The notes: generated by a model from the letters alone, not told the origin. A stretch of 64,000 nt of DNA from Myxococcota bacterium (GCA_965228475.1 OZ245817.1:1760001-1824000); one strand, 5' to 3'; numbered from the stretch's first letter, positions 51,409 through 61,545 are shown. Numbers and translations: made by a program.

Positions 51409-52218
51409 TCAAGACCCCGTGAAGCTCGGCTCGCGGCGCTCGAAGAGCGACGCCACGCCCTCGCGCAGGTCCTTCGAGGGCGCGACCACCTCTCGCATGT
51501 ACGGCATCAGGTGCTCGGCGGCTGCCATCGGGCCGTCGTGGAGGGCGAGCTGGGCGTTGATCAGGGTGCCTTGCACGCCGAGGGGTGCGGCCTTGGCGAT
51601 CGCCCGGGCGAGCTCCATCGCGCGTTCGAGGGCCCGGCCCTTGGGGACGATCTCCTGGACGAAGCCGATGCGGCGGGCTTCTTCGGCGCCGAAGCGTTCG
51701 CCGGTGAGGAGCCAGCGCATGGTGTTGCCCCAGCCGGCGCGGTCGAGGAAGCGGGCCATGGCGCCGCCGAGGGGCAGCAGGCCGCGCAGGATCTCGGACT
51801 GGGCGAAGGTGCAGTCTTCCTCGGCGACGATGATGTCGGTGGCGAGGGCGAGTTCGATGCCGCCGGTGAAGCACGCGCCGTGGATGGCGGTGACGATGGG
51901 CTTCGTGCGCGGGCGCCCGACCTTGCCAGCGACCGAGAGCCACTGGAACGGGTCGACCTGATCCTCCGCGGTCAGCGTCGGCGGCTCGTCTTGGTTCATG
52001 AGCGCCGGGCCCATGTCCGCGAGGTCGAGCCCCGAAGAGAACAGGTCCGCGCGGGAGTAGAGGACGCCGCAGCGGAGCGCCGGGTCGTCACAGAGTTCGG
52101 TGTAGGTCGCCGAGAGCTCCCGGAACATCGCCTGGGAGAGCGCGTTCTTCTTCTCGGCGCGGTCGAGGCCCATGCGAAGGACCGGGCCCTCGCGATCGAT
52201 GGTCAGCAGATCCGTCAT
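51409..52218 (-). CDS. Enoyl-CoA hydratase/crotonase family
   Basis: KKNAL, FSSGLDL, KPIVTAIHGACFTGGIELAL, LLTGERF. Confidence 0.92.
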   Translation of the reverse strand: MTDLLTIDREGPVLRMGLDRAEKKNALSQAMFRELSATYTELCDDPALRCGVLYSRADLFSSGLDLADMGPALMNQDEPPTLTAEDQVDPFQWLSVAGKVGRPRTKPIVTAIHGACFTGGIELALATDIIVAEEDCTFAQSEILRGLLPLGGAMARFLDRAGWGNTMRWLLTGERFGAEEARRIGFVQEIVPKGRALERAMELARAIAKAAPLGVQGTLINAQLALHDGPMAAAEHLMPYMREVVAPSKDLREGVASLFERREPSFTGS

Positions 52219-52315
52219 GTCGTTTCCTCCGACCCGAGGGTGGCCGAAGCGGTGCGAGGGGCCGAGGGTGCGGAGCGCCAGAATCCGGGCCGGATCCGCC
52301 ATCGGCCGCGGCGGC

Positions 52316-53329
52316 CTAGCGCTCCCCGTAGCCGAAGCGGCGGCGGTACTCGCCGGGGGAGACCCCGGTGTAGCGCTGGAAGAGTCGGCGGAAGGAGCGG
52401 GGGTCTTCGTAGCCGCACTGGGCGGTGATGGCTTCGATCGAGAGGTTCGTGCCTTCGAGGTCCTTCATGGCGGCTTCGATGCGCAGACGCTGGCGGTACT
52501 CGCGGGGGGATTCCCCGGTGGCGGCGCGGAAGCGGCGCAGGAAGGTGCGCTCGCCGAGGCCGGAGATCTTTGCGAGGGAAGCGGTCTCCGAGGGCTCCGC
52601 CAGGTGGCGCGCGATCCACTCCTCGGCTTTGCGAACTTCCTGGTCGGCGTGGGGCGTCGCGGGGCGCGGCAGCAGGAAGGGCTGTTGCGAACGCGGGTTC
52701 GGGTCCGTCGAGAGGAAGCGTGCGGTCTCGAGGACGACGCGCGGACCGAGGGCGCGGCCGATCACCGCGAGCGCGAGGTCCAGGTAGGAGGTCGTCGCGC
52801 CGGCGGTGATCACGGCCCCCTCGTCGACGACGCGGAGCGAGGTGCGCAGGAGCACCTCCGGGTAGCGCTGATGGAAGACCTCGCGGAAGGCCGGGGTCGT
52901 GGTGGCGCGCCGGCCGTCGAGGCTACCGGTCTCCGCGAGCAGGAACGTCCCCGTGCAGGTCGCCGCGAGGATGCCGGGGGAGGCCGCCGCGCCCCGTAGC
53001 CGATCCACTAGCTCCGCGTTGTCTTCCGGCAGGCCCTCCGGGTTGCCGACGACGGGAGGCAGGATGACGACGTCCGCTTCGGATATCGCGTCGAGCCCCG
53101 GCTCGGAGGGGATCGCCGCGCCGCCGAAACCGGCCACCGGCTCCGGCGTCGCGCGGAAGACGCGTACGTCGAGGCGCGGCCCGGCGCCGGCGCGGAAGGC
53201 GTTCGCGAGCGTGAAGGCCTCGAGGGTGCCGGCGATCGCCGAAGCGAGGCAGCCGGGGATCGCGACGAGCGCGATCTCCCACGCCGGCTTCCGGTCCGCT
53301 TCGCGCTGCGCTTGGTCGGTTCGGTTCAT
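52316..53329 (-). CDS. GlxA-type AraC regulator (DJ-1 domain + HTH)
   Basis: CTGTFLLAETGSLDGRRATT, ERTFLRRF, CGYEDPRSFRRLF. Confidence 0.92.
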   Translation of the reverse strand: MNRTDQAQREADRKPAWEIALVAIPGCLASAIAGTLEAFTLANAFRAGAGPRLDVRVFRATPEPVAGFGGAAIPSEPGLDAISEADVVILPPVVGNPEGLPEDNAELVDRLRGAAASPGILAATCTGTFLLAETGSLDGRRATTTPAFREVFHQRYPEVLLRTSLRVVDEGAVITAGATTSYLDLALAVIGRALGPRVVLETARFLSTDPNPRSQQPFLLPRPATPHADQEVRKAEEWIARHLAEPSETASLAKISGLGERTFLRRFRAATGESPREYRQRLRIEAAMKDLEGTNLSIEAITAQCGYEDPRSFRRLFQRYTGVSPGEYRRRFGYGER

Positions 53330-53362
53330 GGAGAGCGGGGCGCCTCCGCCGGCGCCGTACGG

Positions 53363-54034
53363 CTACTTCGCGCCTGCGGCCTTCGGCGGCGGCTTCGGCT
53401 TGGGCGGGTCGAGCCGGTCGGCGGCGTCGCGGAGCTTCTTGGCCGACTCCTCCATCGTGTCGACCCCGAAGACCTTGTCTTCGCTTCGCCCGTTCTTCTT
53501 GATGTCCTCGACGCGCTCCTCGTAGTCCTCGGCCCAGCCCCGCATCCGGCGCGCGCGCTCCTTGTCGTCGTCGCCGGCGCCCTTCAGGCTCTCGGACACG
53601 CGCTTGCGGTGGCCCCACATGTCGAGGCGCTTGTCCGCGCGGACGAGCTTGCCCGTCTTCTTGTCGAACTTCCGCGGCGTCGGCATGCGGTTGATGATGT
53701 CGCGCCATTCGTAGAGCGGGTCGAGCTCGATCAGGGTCGTCTTGAGCTCGATTCCCTTCGGCGCCTTCGTACCCGGGAGCGTCTTCAGCTCCTTCGTCTT
53801 GGTCGTCTTCTTGCCCGACTTGCCGCTGGTGCCGGACTTGCTGCCCTTGTGGGCCTCGGGAAGCTGCAGCGCAGGGATTGGCGGGGGAGCGACGCGCGTC
53901 TTGTCGGGCGGAAGCGAGGGGACCTTCGTGGGCGGTTCCGTCGGCGGAGGGCCGGAGCCCTTGGGCGTCGCCAGGGCCGCCGAAGGCACGGAGAGGCCGG
54001 CGAGGAGGCCGAGGGCGAACGCGGTGCGACGCAT
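53363..54034 (-). CDS. Secreted Pro/Lys-rich hypothetical protein
   Basis: Signal peptide MRRTAFALGLL...ALA; host-like codon usage; alternative start 54046. Confidence 0.7.
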   Translation of the reverse strand: MRRTAFALGLLAGLSVPSAALATPKGSGPPPTEPPTKVPSLPPDKTRVAPPPIPALQLPEAHKGSKSGTSGKSGKKTTKTKELKTLPGTKAPKGIELKTTLIELDPLYEWRDIINRMPTPRKFDKKTGKLVRADKRLDMWGHRKRVSESLKGAGDDDKERARRMRGWAEDYEERVEDIKKNGRSEDKVFGVDTMEESAKKLRDAADRLDPPKPKPPPKAAGAK

Positions 54035-54090
54035 GTCTGCGAGCATACACCCCGAGAGCCGGGGCGTCGCAGCGTTCGGGAAGAGGTGGG

Positions 54091-55962
54091 CTAGAGCTTC
54101 CGCAGCCACGCCTCGGCGAACTCGAGCCGCTTCTCGAGCTGCGCGGCCGTCGCCTCGGTGATGCGGCGGATGCCGACCTTGCGGTTCAGCTCGGCGTTGA
54201 CGTTGGCGTGGCCTTGCCGCGTGCGATGGACGAGCGCGCGCACGCAGGCGCTGTTCTTCTCGCGGAGCTGGCGCTTCCTCGTGCGCGGGGAGGGCGCCTT
54301 CTCGGGTGGGAGGTCCGGCTCCGGGGTCGGGACGGGGCCCGTGAGCTCCGGGGGCGTGAGCTCGAAGGGCTCGGGTTCGGGCGGCGGCGCTTCTCCGTCG
54401 TCGCCGACGAGCCCGGGGATGGCCTCGCCGTTCTCGGCGGTGGCACCGGGTGCCTCGACCACCGGCGCGGCTTCGAGCGGGTTGCCTTCCTCGTCGAGGG
54501 GGATCGCGCGGATCGCGGCGAAGAGCGAGGGCTGCTCGGCCTCGCGCTCGCCTTCGCGGGCCTCCTCGGGGATGGCGTCGAGACCCTCGTCGTCCTTCGC
54601 GTCCGGCTTGCGCAGGCTGTGGCGGCGCTGCTCGGCGATGCCCGAGGCGAACTTCCGCAGGCGCGGGTCGTCGGGGATGAACATGTAGGCGCGCTGTTCG
54701 CGCCCGGCGTCGGTCATCCGCACGAGGCGCCCGACGGCCTGGCGGAAGAAAAGGTCCGTCACCGTGTTCGTGGCGTAGACGCCGACCTTCAAGCGCGGGA
54801 TGTCGACGCCTTCCGAGACCATGCGCACGGCGACGATCCACGGCTCCGAACCGGCGGTGAAGTCGGCGATGCGCTTCGAGGCGCTCGGGTCGTCCGAGGT
54901 CGCGAGGGTCGCCTTCACGCCGAGTCGCGCGCGCAGCAGGTTCGCGATGCCGCGGGCGTGTTCCTGGTCGATGGCGATCACCATGCCGGCGGCCCGCGGG
55001 TCGCTCCTGCGCAGGTGGAGGACCTGGCGGTGGGCTTTCGTCAGCACGGCCCGCAGCCACTCGCCCTCGAGATCGAGGGCGGTGCGCAGGCGCTGGCTCG
55101 AGAGCGTGCGGGAGAGGGGGTCGTCGAATCCGGCGGCGTGGGTCGTGCCGTCCGGCGAGGTCCACTCCATGTGGCCGTTGATGCGCGGGAAGTAGACGGG
55201 GCGCACGACACGCCCGCCGCGCAGGGCCTCCCCGTAGCCGTACTCGTAGTCCGCGTGGGCTTCGTCGCCGACGTAGCGCACGAAGGGGATCGCGCTCTGG
55301 TCCGAGCGGAACGGGGTGCCCGAGAGGCACAGCCGGACCGGGGCCGTCTCGAAGGCGTGGCGCACTCCGTCGCCCCAGGAGCGTGCGTCGGCGGCGTGGT
55401 GGATCTCGTCGAGTACGACGAAGGCCTGACCGACGAGCTGGCGCAGGGCCCGCGGGTTCGCGGCCACCTGCTGGTAGGTCACCGCCACGCCGTGGACGTC
55501 CGAGGGGAGCGCGCCGTCGCCGGCGGACCACTCCGGGTCGAGGTGGATGTCGAAGCCCTCGGCCGCGAGGGCCCACTGGAGCTTCAGGTGCTGGGTCGGG
55601 ACGCAGACGACCAGCCGCCGCGCCTGCCGCGCCACGAGCGCCCGCCGCGCCGCCGCGAGGGCGAAGGAGGTCTTCCCGGCGCCGGGCGTCGCGACGGCCA
55701 GGAAGCTCGGGTGAACGCGGGCTTCGAACTTTTCGAGTGCTTCCCGCTGCCACGCGCGGAAACGGATGGGCGCCGCCAAACTTCCTGCAAGCCCTGTCGA
55801 AGGCGTCGCCGCAGCGGTCGGCGCGCTCGCTCTGTGCCGGGCGCGGAGGGGCGCTCGACGGGTCCGGAGGGGGGAGGGCGAGACTAGCCCGTCCGGCCGC
55901 GGATCTTCAGGGAAAACGGGCCGCGAGGTGGCCGAGCTGCGACTTCGAACGGTGTTTGGCAC
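54091..55962 (-). CDS. Superfamily II (DExH) helicase, start uncertain
   Basis: ATPGAGKT, LDEIHH, LSGTPFRSD, MVSEGVDIPRL, FRQAVGR. Confidence 0.9.
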   Translation of the reverse strand: MPNTVRSRSSATSRPVFPEDPRPDGLVSPSPLRTRRAPLRARHRASAPTAAATPSTGLAGSLAAPIRFRAWQREALEKFEARVHPSFLAVATPGAGKTSFALAAARRALVARQARRLVVCVPTQHLKLQWALAAEGFDIHLDPEWSAGDGALPSDVHGVAVTYQQVAANPRALRQLVGQAFVVLDEIHHAADARSWGDGVRHAFETAPVRLCLSGTPFRSDQSAIPFVRYVGDEAHADYEYGYGEALRGGRVVRPVYFPRINGHMEWTSPDGTTHAAGFDDPLSRTLSSQRLRTALDLEGEWLRAVLTKAHRQVLHLRRSDPRAAGMVIAIDQEHARGIANLLRARLGVKATLATSDDPSASKRIADFTAGSEPWIVAVRMVSEGVDIPRLKVGVYATNTVTDLFFRQAVGRLVRMTDAGREQRAYMFIPDDPRLRKFASGIAEQRRHSLRKPDAKDDEGLDAIPEEAREGEREAEQPSLFAAIRAIPLDEEGNPLEAAPVVEAPGATAENGEAIPGLVGDDGEAPPPEPEPFELTPPELTGPVPTPEPDLPPEKAPSPRTRKRQLREKNSACVRALVHRTRQGHANVNAELNRKVGIRRITEATAAQLEKRLEFAEAWLRKL

Positions 55963-55971
55963 CCGCCGCCT

Positions 55972-56889
55972 TCAGACCTTCCGTGCGACCTCCGCCAGGA
56001 CCGTCCGCAGCCAGCGGTGCCCCGGGTCTTCCGAGACGCGCGGGTGCCAGGCCGCGACCATCTCGACGGGCGCGCGCGGGACCGGCCCCGCTACGACGCG
56101 CAGGTCTTTCCGGCCGCGAACGAGCCGCTCGGGTCCCGTGCAGAGCAGGTCGCTTCCGACGAGCAGGTCGGGAACCAGGGAGAAGCTGGGCACGGAGACC
56201 CGCACCTCGCGCGCCTTGCCTCGCGCCGCGAGGGTCTCGTCGACGGGGCCGGTGAAACCGCCGCCCGAAGGCGAGACCACGAGGTGGTCGTAGCGGCAGA
56301 AGTCGGCGAGCGTGATCCGTCGCTTCTTCGCGAGCGGGTGCTTCGCGCACATCGCCAGCACGTAGCGTTCCTTCATCAGCTTCTGCGAGGCGAGTTCCCG
56401 CGGGAGGTAGCCTTCGACGGAGATGGCGAGGTCGAAGGCGCCGCGCGCAAGCTGGTCCGCCACGGTCTCGAACGCGAGGGGATGCACGGCGACGCGCAGC
56501 CGCGGTGCCTCGCGGCGCAGCCTTCGCAACAGGGCGCCGAGCAGCACGTGCTGGGTGTAGTCCGTCGCGGCGAGCGTGGCGGTGGCATCCCAGCGCGAGG
56601 GGTCGAAGGGTCCGGGGGTGACGAGACCCCGCGCCTCGGCGATCCACGCCTTCAGGGGTGCGGCCATGGCCTCGGCGCGCGGCGTGGGCAGGATGCCCTG
56701 CTGGGTGCGCACGAAGAGCGGGTCGTCGAGGGCCGTCCGCAGCCGGGAGAGGATCCCGCTGACCGTCGATTGCGTGAGGCTCAGGCGCTTCGCCGCCCGG
56801 GTGACGCTGCGCTCTTCGAGCAGGACGTCGAGCACGGGGAGGAGGTTCAGGTCGAGGGCACGGATATCGGAATCCACGATGTTCTCCAT
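55972..56889 (-). CDS. LysR family regulator
   Basis: LDLNLL...ERSVTRAAKRLSLTQSTVS..LSRLR..LDDPLFVRT. Confidence 0.93.
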   Translation of the reverse strand: MENIVDSDIRALDLNLLPVLDVLLEERSVTRAAKRLSLTQSTVSGILSRLRTALDDPLFVRTQQGILPTPRAEAMAAPLKAWIAEARGLVTPGPFDPSRWDATATLAATDYTQHVLLGALLRRLRREAPRLRVAVHPLAFETVADQLARGAFDLAISVEGYLPRELASQKLMKERYVLAMCAKHPLAKKRRITLADFCRYDHLVVSPSGGGFTGPVDETLAARGKAREVRVSVPSFSLVPDLLVGSDLLCTGPERLVRGRKDLRVVAGPVPRAPVEMVAAWHPRVSEDPGHRWLRTVLAEVARKV

Positions 56890-56896
56890 CCAAAAG

Positions 56897-56911
56897 ATCC
56901 GTTGGACGGAT
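56897..56911. promoter_or_regulatory. LysR-type T-N11-A dyad operator
   Basis: ATCCGT-TGG-ACGGAT between the divergent lysR and dehydrogenase genes. Confidence 0.65.
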
Positions 56912-56961
56912 AGCCGAAGGCGGCCGACACTGCCGCGAGGAAGGCGCCCCCGAGGAACCCC

Positions 56962-57987
56962 ATGCGACAGCTCACCTGTACGGCGCCGGGCCAGATCGAA
57001 TGGCGCGAGGTCGCGACTCCCCGGCTCGCATCCGACGTCGAAGCCCTCGTGCGCCCGATCGCCGTGGCCCGCTGCGACATCGATCTCTTCCTGACCCGGG
57101 GTGCCTTCGGTGTGGCCGAGCCCTTCGCGCTCGGCCACGAATGCGTCGGGGAGATCGAGGCGCTCGGGGACGCCGTGCGCGGCCTCGAGGTCGGACAGCG
57201 GGTCGTCGTCTCCTTCCAGGTGAGCTGCGGCGCCTGCGGTTCGTGCCGGTCCGGCCACACCGCGAACTGCGATCGCATGCCGACGCTTTCGGACTACGGC
57301 ATGCAGCCGCTGTCCGGCGTCGAGTACGGGGGCATGCTCTCGGACCGGATCCGCGTCCCCTTCGCCGAGGCGATGCTCTGCCCGGTTCCCGACGCGGTGC
57401 CGACGTCCGCCCTCGCGAGCGTCTCGGACAACGTTCTCGACGGCTACCGGACGGTCGCGCCGCACCTGGCCGAACGGCCGGGGAGCCCGGTGCTCGTCGT
57501 GAGCCACGGCGTGCCGAGCATTCCGCTCTACGCGGCGCAGACGGCTCTCGCCCTCGGCGCGTCGCGCGTCGATTTCGCCTGCAGCGACCCGGCCGCCCTC
57601 GATCTCGCCCGGCGGCTCGGCTGCAACCTGATCGAGACCGACTTCGGGAGGCCCGACGGGCGCTATCCGATCGTGGTGGACGCCGGGCTCTCGAAGGAGG
57701 GCCTCGCCTACGCGATCCGCGCCACCGAACCCGAGGGCACCCTGCAGAGCGCGAGCTTTTATCCCGGCGGCGACGTCCCGATTCCGATGGGTCGTCTCTA
57801 CACGCTCGGGATCCGCCTGTTCGTCGGGCGCTGCCACGCCTGTGCGCTGATGCCCGAAGTGATCGGTCTGATCGAGGCCGGACGCCTGCGCCCCGCGGAC
57901 GTCGTCACCGAGACCGTCTCCTGGGAGGACGCGCCCGCGGCCTTCCCCGAGCCGGCGATCAAGCTCGTCCTCACGCCGGACGCCTAG
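56962..57987 (+). CDS. Zinc-dependent alcohol dehydrogenase family
   Basis: ARCDID, GHECVGE, CGACGSC..GHTANC. Confidence 0.92.
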   Translation: MRQLTCTAPGQIEWREVATPRLASDVEALVRPIAVARCDIDLFLTRGAFGVAEPFALGHECVGEIEALGDAVRGLEVGQRVVVSFQVSCGACGSCRSGHTANCDRMPTLSDYGMQPLSGVEYGGMLSDRIRVPFAEAMLCPVPDAVPTSALASVSDNVLDGYRTVAPHLAERPGSPVLVVSHGVPSIPLYAAQTALALGASRVDFACSDPAALDLARRLGCNLIETDFGRPDGRYPIVVDAGLSKEGLAYAIRATEPEGTLQSASFYPGGDVPIPMGRLYTLGIRLFVGRCHACALMPEVIGLIEAGRLRPADVVTETVSWEDAPAAFPEPAIKLVLTPDA

Positions 57988-58094
57988 AACCCCTTCGATT
58001 CCAGCGGCTTCGGCCGGGCAACCGGACCGCCCTTCGGGGCGACCCAAAGAGACCGGCCTCGCGTAGAGTGAGCCGCCGGGGGACAGGAGGTTCC

Positions 58095-58877
58095 ATGCCG
58101 AGCACGCTTTCGAGACGACGCTGGCTTCCGGGCTTCATCCTGTGCGCGGGGTTCGCTTTGCCGGGCGCGGCCGCCGCGAACGAACCGCACGTCACGATCC
58201 AGACGAAGATCGTCGAGGTCGACCGCTCGGCCCTCGATGCGTTCGGCGTCGACTTCGGCCGGAAGGGCTATCGCCTGACGGGGCGCAAGTTTTCCGGTCT
58301 TCCGATGCTCGGGCCCCTGCTCGACGGGCCCGGCGTGCTCGCCGATCCGAGCGCCGTCACGCGCAGCGGCCAGGCCGCGACCCTCGAGGTCGACGGCGCG
58401 GAGCTCGGCCTCGCGAACGAGGGCCTCACCCTCGACGTCGTCCCGACCGTGAGCGGTGACGGCGGCTTCATCCAGCTGAACGTGGTGCTCCGCCTGAGCG
58501 GCGTCCCCGGTTCGCAGTCCCCGCCGGTGGCGACGCGGGTGCGCGCGGACGTCGTGAACGGGGGCTCGGTCGTGATCGGCGGCGCCTTTGCGGCGACCGC
58601 GGAGGCGGGCGGCCCCGTGCCGGCGCTCGCGAAGGTGCCGATCCTCGGGCGGCTCTTCCGCAGCGCGCCCGCGGAGCGCCAGGAGGATTCGCTGATCGTC
58701 ATCATCACGCCCTGGCTCGTCGATCTCGACGGCCGACGCGCCGCGTCCCCCGGCCATCGACCCCAGATCGACCCGAACGTCTCGGCGCCGCGCGTCCCGG
58801 TGAACACCCCCGGGCACCCGCAGCAGGGCGGCTACCGCTACGGGCCGCCGCCCCCGGGCTGGAAGGGTGCGCGCTAG
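58095..58877 (+). CDS. Minimal secretin-domain protein
   Basis: VTIQTKIVEV, PSAVTRSGQAA, GLTLDVVPTV, GGSVVIGG, VPALAKVPILGRLFRS, LIVIITP; AGGAGG RBS. Confidence 0.8.
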   Translation: MPSTLSRRRWLPGFILCAGFALPGAAAANEPHVTIQTKIVEVDRSALDAFGVDFGRKGYRLTGRKFSGLPMLGPLLDGPGVLADPSAVTRSGQAATLEVDGAELGLANEGLTLDVVPTVSGDGGFIQLNVVLRLSGVPGSQSPPVATRVRADVVNGGSVVIGGAFAATAEAGGPVPALAKVPILGRLFRSAPAERQEDSLIVIITPWLVDLDGRRAASPGHRPQIDPNVSAPRVPVNTPGHPQQGGYRYGPPPPGWKGAR

Positions 58878-58908
58878 GCGCGAGAGCTTGGGCGCCGTGG
58901 CGCGGCGC

Positions 58909-59742
58909 TCAGCCGTCGAGGTTCGTGATGCGGCGGATGATCGCGTCGGCCGCCCGGGTCGGCAGGAACCTGGCGATCGCCACGAACGCGACGCCCGGAA
59001 AGGCCGGCACGGTGTAGCGGGCCCGCGGCCGCTCGGTGTGAACGGCTTTCTGGATCGTCGCCAGGACCGGCTCGGGTCCGATGCCGTCCTCGACCAGCTT
59101 CTTGTGCCAGGCGATGATGCGCTCGATGGCCGGGCGGTAGAGCGGGGACGCCTCGGCGTAGCCCTCGAGCATGGCGTCCTCGTGGTTCGCGAAGCCCGTC
59201 TTCACCGCGCCCGGCGCGATCACCACGACGTCGATGCCCTGTTCGCGCAGCTCGAGGCGGAGCGTGCGGGAGATGTTCTCGAGGGCGTGCTTCGACGAGT
59301 AGTAGGGAGCGAAGAACGGCGCGTAGACGCTCCCGGCGATCGAGGACACGTTGACGATGCGCCCGCGCGACGCCTTGCGCAGCAGGGGAAGCGCCGCCTG
59401 GGTGACGCCGATCGTCCCGAACACGTTGGTGTCGAACTGGGCCTTCCAGTCTTCGAGCGCCACGAGTTCGACGGGGCCCGCCGCGCCGTAACCCGCGTTG
59501 TTCACGAGAACGTCGACGGCGCCGCCCTCGGCGGCCGCTTCGAGGCGCGGGCCGAGGGCCTCGAGGCTCTCGGTGCTCGAGATGTCGCAGGCGAGGCCGG
59601 TGAAACCCGGGAGCTCCTTTTCGAGGCTCCGGAGGTTCTCCTCGTTGCGGGCGATCCCGATGACCCGGTGCCCCTCCGCGCAGAACGCGCGGACGCAGGA
59701 CAGGCCGATGCCGGCCGTGGCTCCCGTGAGGACGATTCGCAT
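58909..59742 (-). CDS. Short-chain dehydrogenase/reductase
   Basis: TGATAGIG, LVNNAG, NVSS, YYSSK. Confidence 0.93.
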   Translation of the reverse strand: MRIVLTGATAGIGLSCVRAFCAEGHRVIGIARNEENLRSLEKELPGFTGLACDISSTESLEALGPRLEAAAEGGAVDVLVNNAGYGAAGPVELVALEDWKAQFDTNVFGTIGVTQAALPLLRKASRGRIVNVSSIAGSVYAPFFAPYYSSKHALENISRTLRLELREQGIDVVVIAPGAVKTGFANHEDAMLEGYAEASPLYRPAIERIIAWHKKLVEDGIGPEPVLATIQKAVHTERPRARYTVPAFPGVAFVAIARFLPTRAADAIIRRITNLDG

Positions 59743-59743
59743 G

Positions 59744-60460
59744 TCAGTTCTCCTTCGCTGCGGCGGAGGCGAGGGCCTTCGCCTGGCGTCGCTTCTGGGC
59801 TGCGGCGAGCTCCTCGATCCGCGGCAGCGTCTCGCCCCAGGCCGTACGCAGGGAGCCCTGGTAGGCGGCGTCGCTCAGCGACGCGAGCTCTTTCGCCTGC
59901 TCGACGGCGAGGCGTTCGAGATCCTCGGGGGCGACGATCGCGTCGAGGAAGCCGGCCGCCGCGCCCTCCTCGGGCCCGAAGATCCGGCCGAGCGCGGTCG
60001 CGGCGTGGAAGCGCCGGCGGTCGAGCCGCATCCGGGCGAGCAGGGCCGGAAGCTCCGGGAGGGGCATGCCGAGCCCCGGCTCGGTGAAGCCGATCTTGTA
60101 GTGGCCGGGCGTGCCGAGCCGCACGTCCGAGATGAGCAGCAGCATCGCCCCGGCGGCGACCGCGTGGCCTTCGCACGCCGCGACGATGCGCGTCGGCCCG
60201 GCGAGCGCCGAGGAGAGGACCTCGCCCATGGCGGCGAGCAGGCTCTCGCGCTCGACTGCGCTCGCCGCGAGGGTCGCGTTGTCGAGTCCGACGCAGAACC
60301 CGTCGGGCTTGCCGAGCAGGACCACGGCGGGCGCCTCGGGGTCCGGCGCCAGCGCTTCCCCGAGCGCCTCGACGACGTCGAGCGTGAGGGCGTTGCGCTT
60401 GCCGGTGTCGAGCCGGACGAGCCGCACGGGGGCGCGGCGTTCGACCTGGGCGGAACTCAT
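59744..60460 (-). CDS. Enoyl-CoA hydratase/isomerase family
   Basis: KRNAL, FCVGLD, CEGHAVAAGAMLLL.SD, IGFTE. Confidence 0.9.
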   Translation of the reverse strand: MSSAQVERRAPVRLVRLDTGKRNALTLDVVEALGEALAPDPEAPAVVLLGKPDGFCVGLDNATLAASAVERESLLAAMGEVLSSALAGPTRIVAACEGHAVAAGAMLLLISDVRLGTPGHYKIGFTEPGLGMPLPELPALLARMRLDRRRFHAATALGRIFGPEEGAAAGFLDAIVAPEDLERLAVEQAKELASLSDAAYQGSLRTAWGETLPRIEELAAAQKRRQAKALASAAAKEN

Positions 60461-60525
60461 CGGTTCTCCTCCTGGGGCGGGGTTCCGTGAGGATCCCCGC
60501 GGTCCAGGCCCCGGTCAAACCGGGC

Positions 60526-61545
60526 TCAGACGGCGCCGTACTCGATCAGCGTCTCGGCGCTCGCGCGGATGGACTCGTCGGCGCCGATCAGGTCGCGGCC
60601 GAGGAGCTTCCGCACCTTCTCCGAGGAGAGGATCCGCTGCTTGTGGAGCTCCGAGGCGATGGTCGCGACTTCGCTGTTCACGAGGGCGAGCGCGCGCACG
60701 AGGAAGTCGGGCATGCCCCGGCTCGGGATCTTCTTGCGATCGGGGTAGGCCGAGCGCAGGACGGCCGCCATCTGCTTCATGGTGCGGAAGGCGTCGGCCA
60801 CGATGTAGCGCTCGCCGATGGCCGCGGGGTCGTTCATCGCGGCGATGTGCGCGGCGGAGACGTCGCGCACGTCCACGATCTGGATGCCCGCGTTCGGGAG
60901 CAGCGGCAGCCGTCCGTCGAGCATGCGCGCCACGATGTCGACGGAGGTCTTGACCTGGGAGCTCCGGATCGGGCCGAACACGCCGACGGGGTTGATCGCG
61001 GTGAGTTCGAGGCCCCGGCCGTCGCCCGCCACGTAGTCCCAGGCCGCGCGCTCGGCGAGGGTCTTCGAGGCGATGTACGGCCGACAGTCCGGCGTGTAGG
61101 TCGCATCCGTCCAGTCGGCTTCGGTGAACTGTTCCGGCAGCGGGCCCCGACAGCCGTAGGCCACCGCCGCGCCCGAGGACGTGAGCACCACGCGGTTCAC
61201 GCCCGCCGTCTTCGCCGCGCGCAGCACGCGCAGGGCGCCGTCGCGCGCCGGCCGGATCAGCTCCTGCGGATCCTTGGGCACCGCCATCGGGAAGGGCGAT
61301 GCGAGGTGGTGGATCACGTCGACGCCCGCGACCGCTTCGGCCCAGCCGGCGTCGCTCTCGAGGTCCGCTTCGACCAGCTCGATCTTCGCGGCGCGCGCGG
61401 CGTGGGGGGCGAGGGCGGCCTTCAGGGCGTCGCCCTTGGCGAGGGAGCGGACGGTCCCGCGGACGTCGTGGCCCTGCTCGAGCAGGTCGAGGATCAGCTG
61501 CTGGGCGATGAAGCCCGAGGCTCCGGTGACGAGGGTCTTGGCCAT
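60526..61545 (-). CDS. NAD(P)-dependent aldehyde reductase / extended SDR
   Basis: LVTGASGFIA, HLASP, VVLTSS, YIASKTLAERAAW, VDVRDV. Confidence 0.92.
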   Translation of the reverse strand: MAKTLVTGASGFIAQQLILDLLEQGHDVRGTVRSLAKGDALKAALAPHAARAAKIELVEADLESDAGWAEAVAGVDVIHHLASPFPMAVPKDPQELIRPARDGALRVLRAAKTAGVNRVVLTSSGAAVAYGCRGPLPEQFTEADWTDATYTPDCRPYIASKTLAERAAWDYVAGDGRGLELTAINPVGVFGPIRSSQVKTSVDIVARMLDGRLPLLPNAGIQIVDVRDVSAAHIAAMNDPAAIGERYIVADAFRTMKQMAAVLRSAYPDRKKIPSRGMPDFLVRALALVNSEVATIASELHKQRILSSEKVRKLLGRDLIGADESIRASAETLIEYGAV

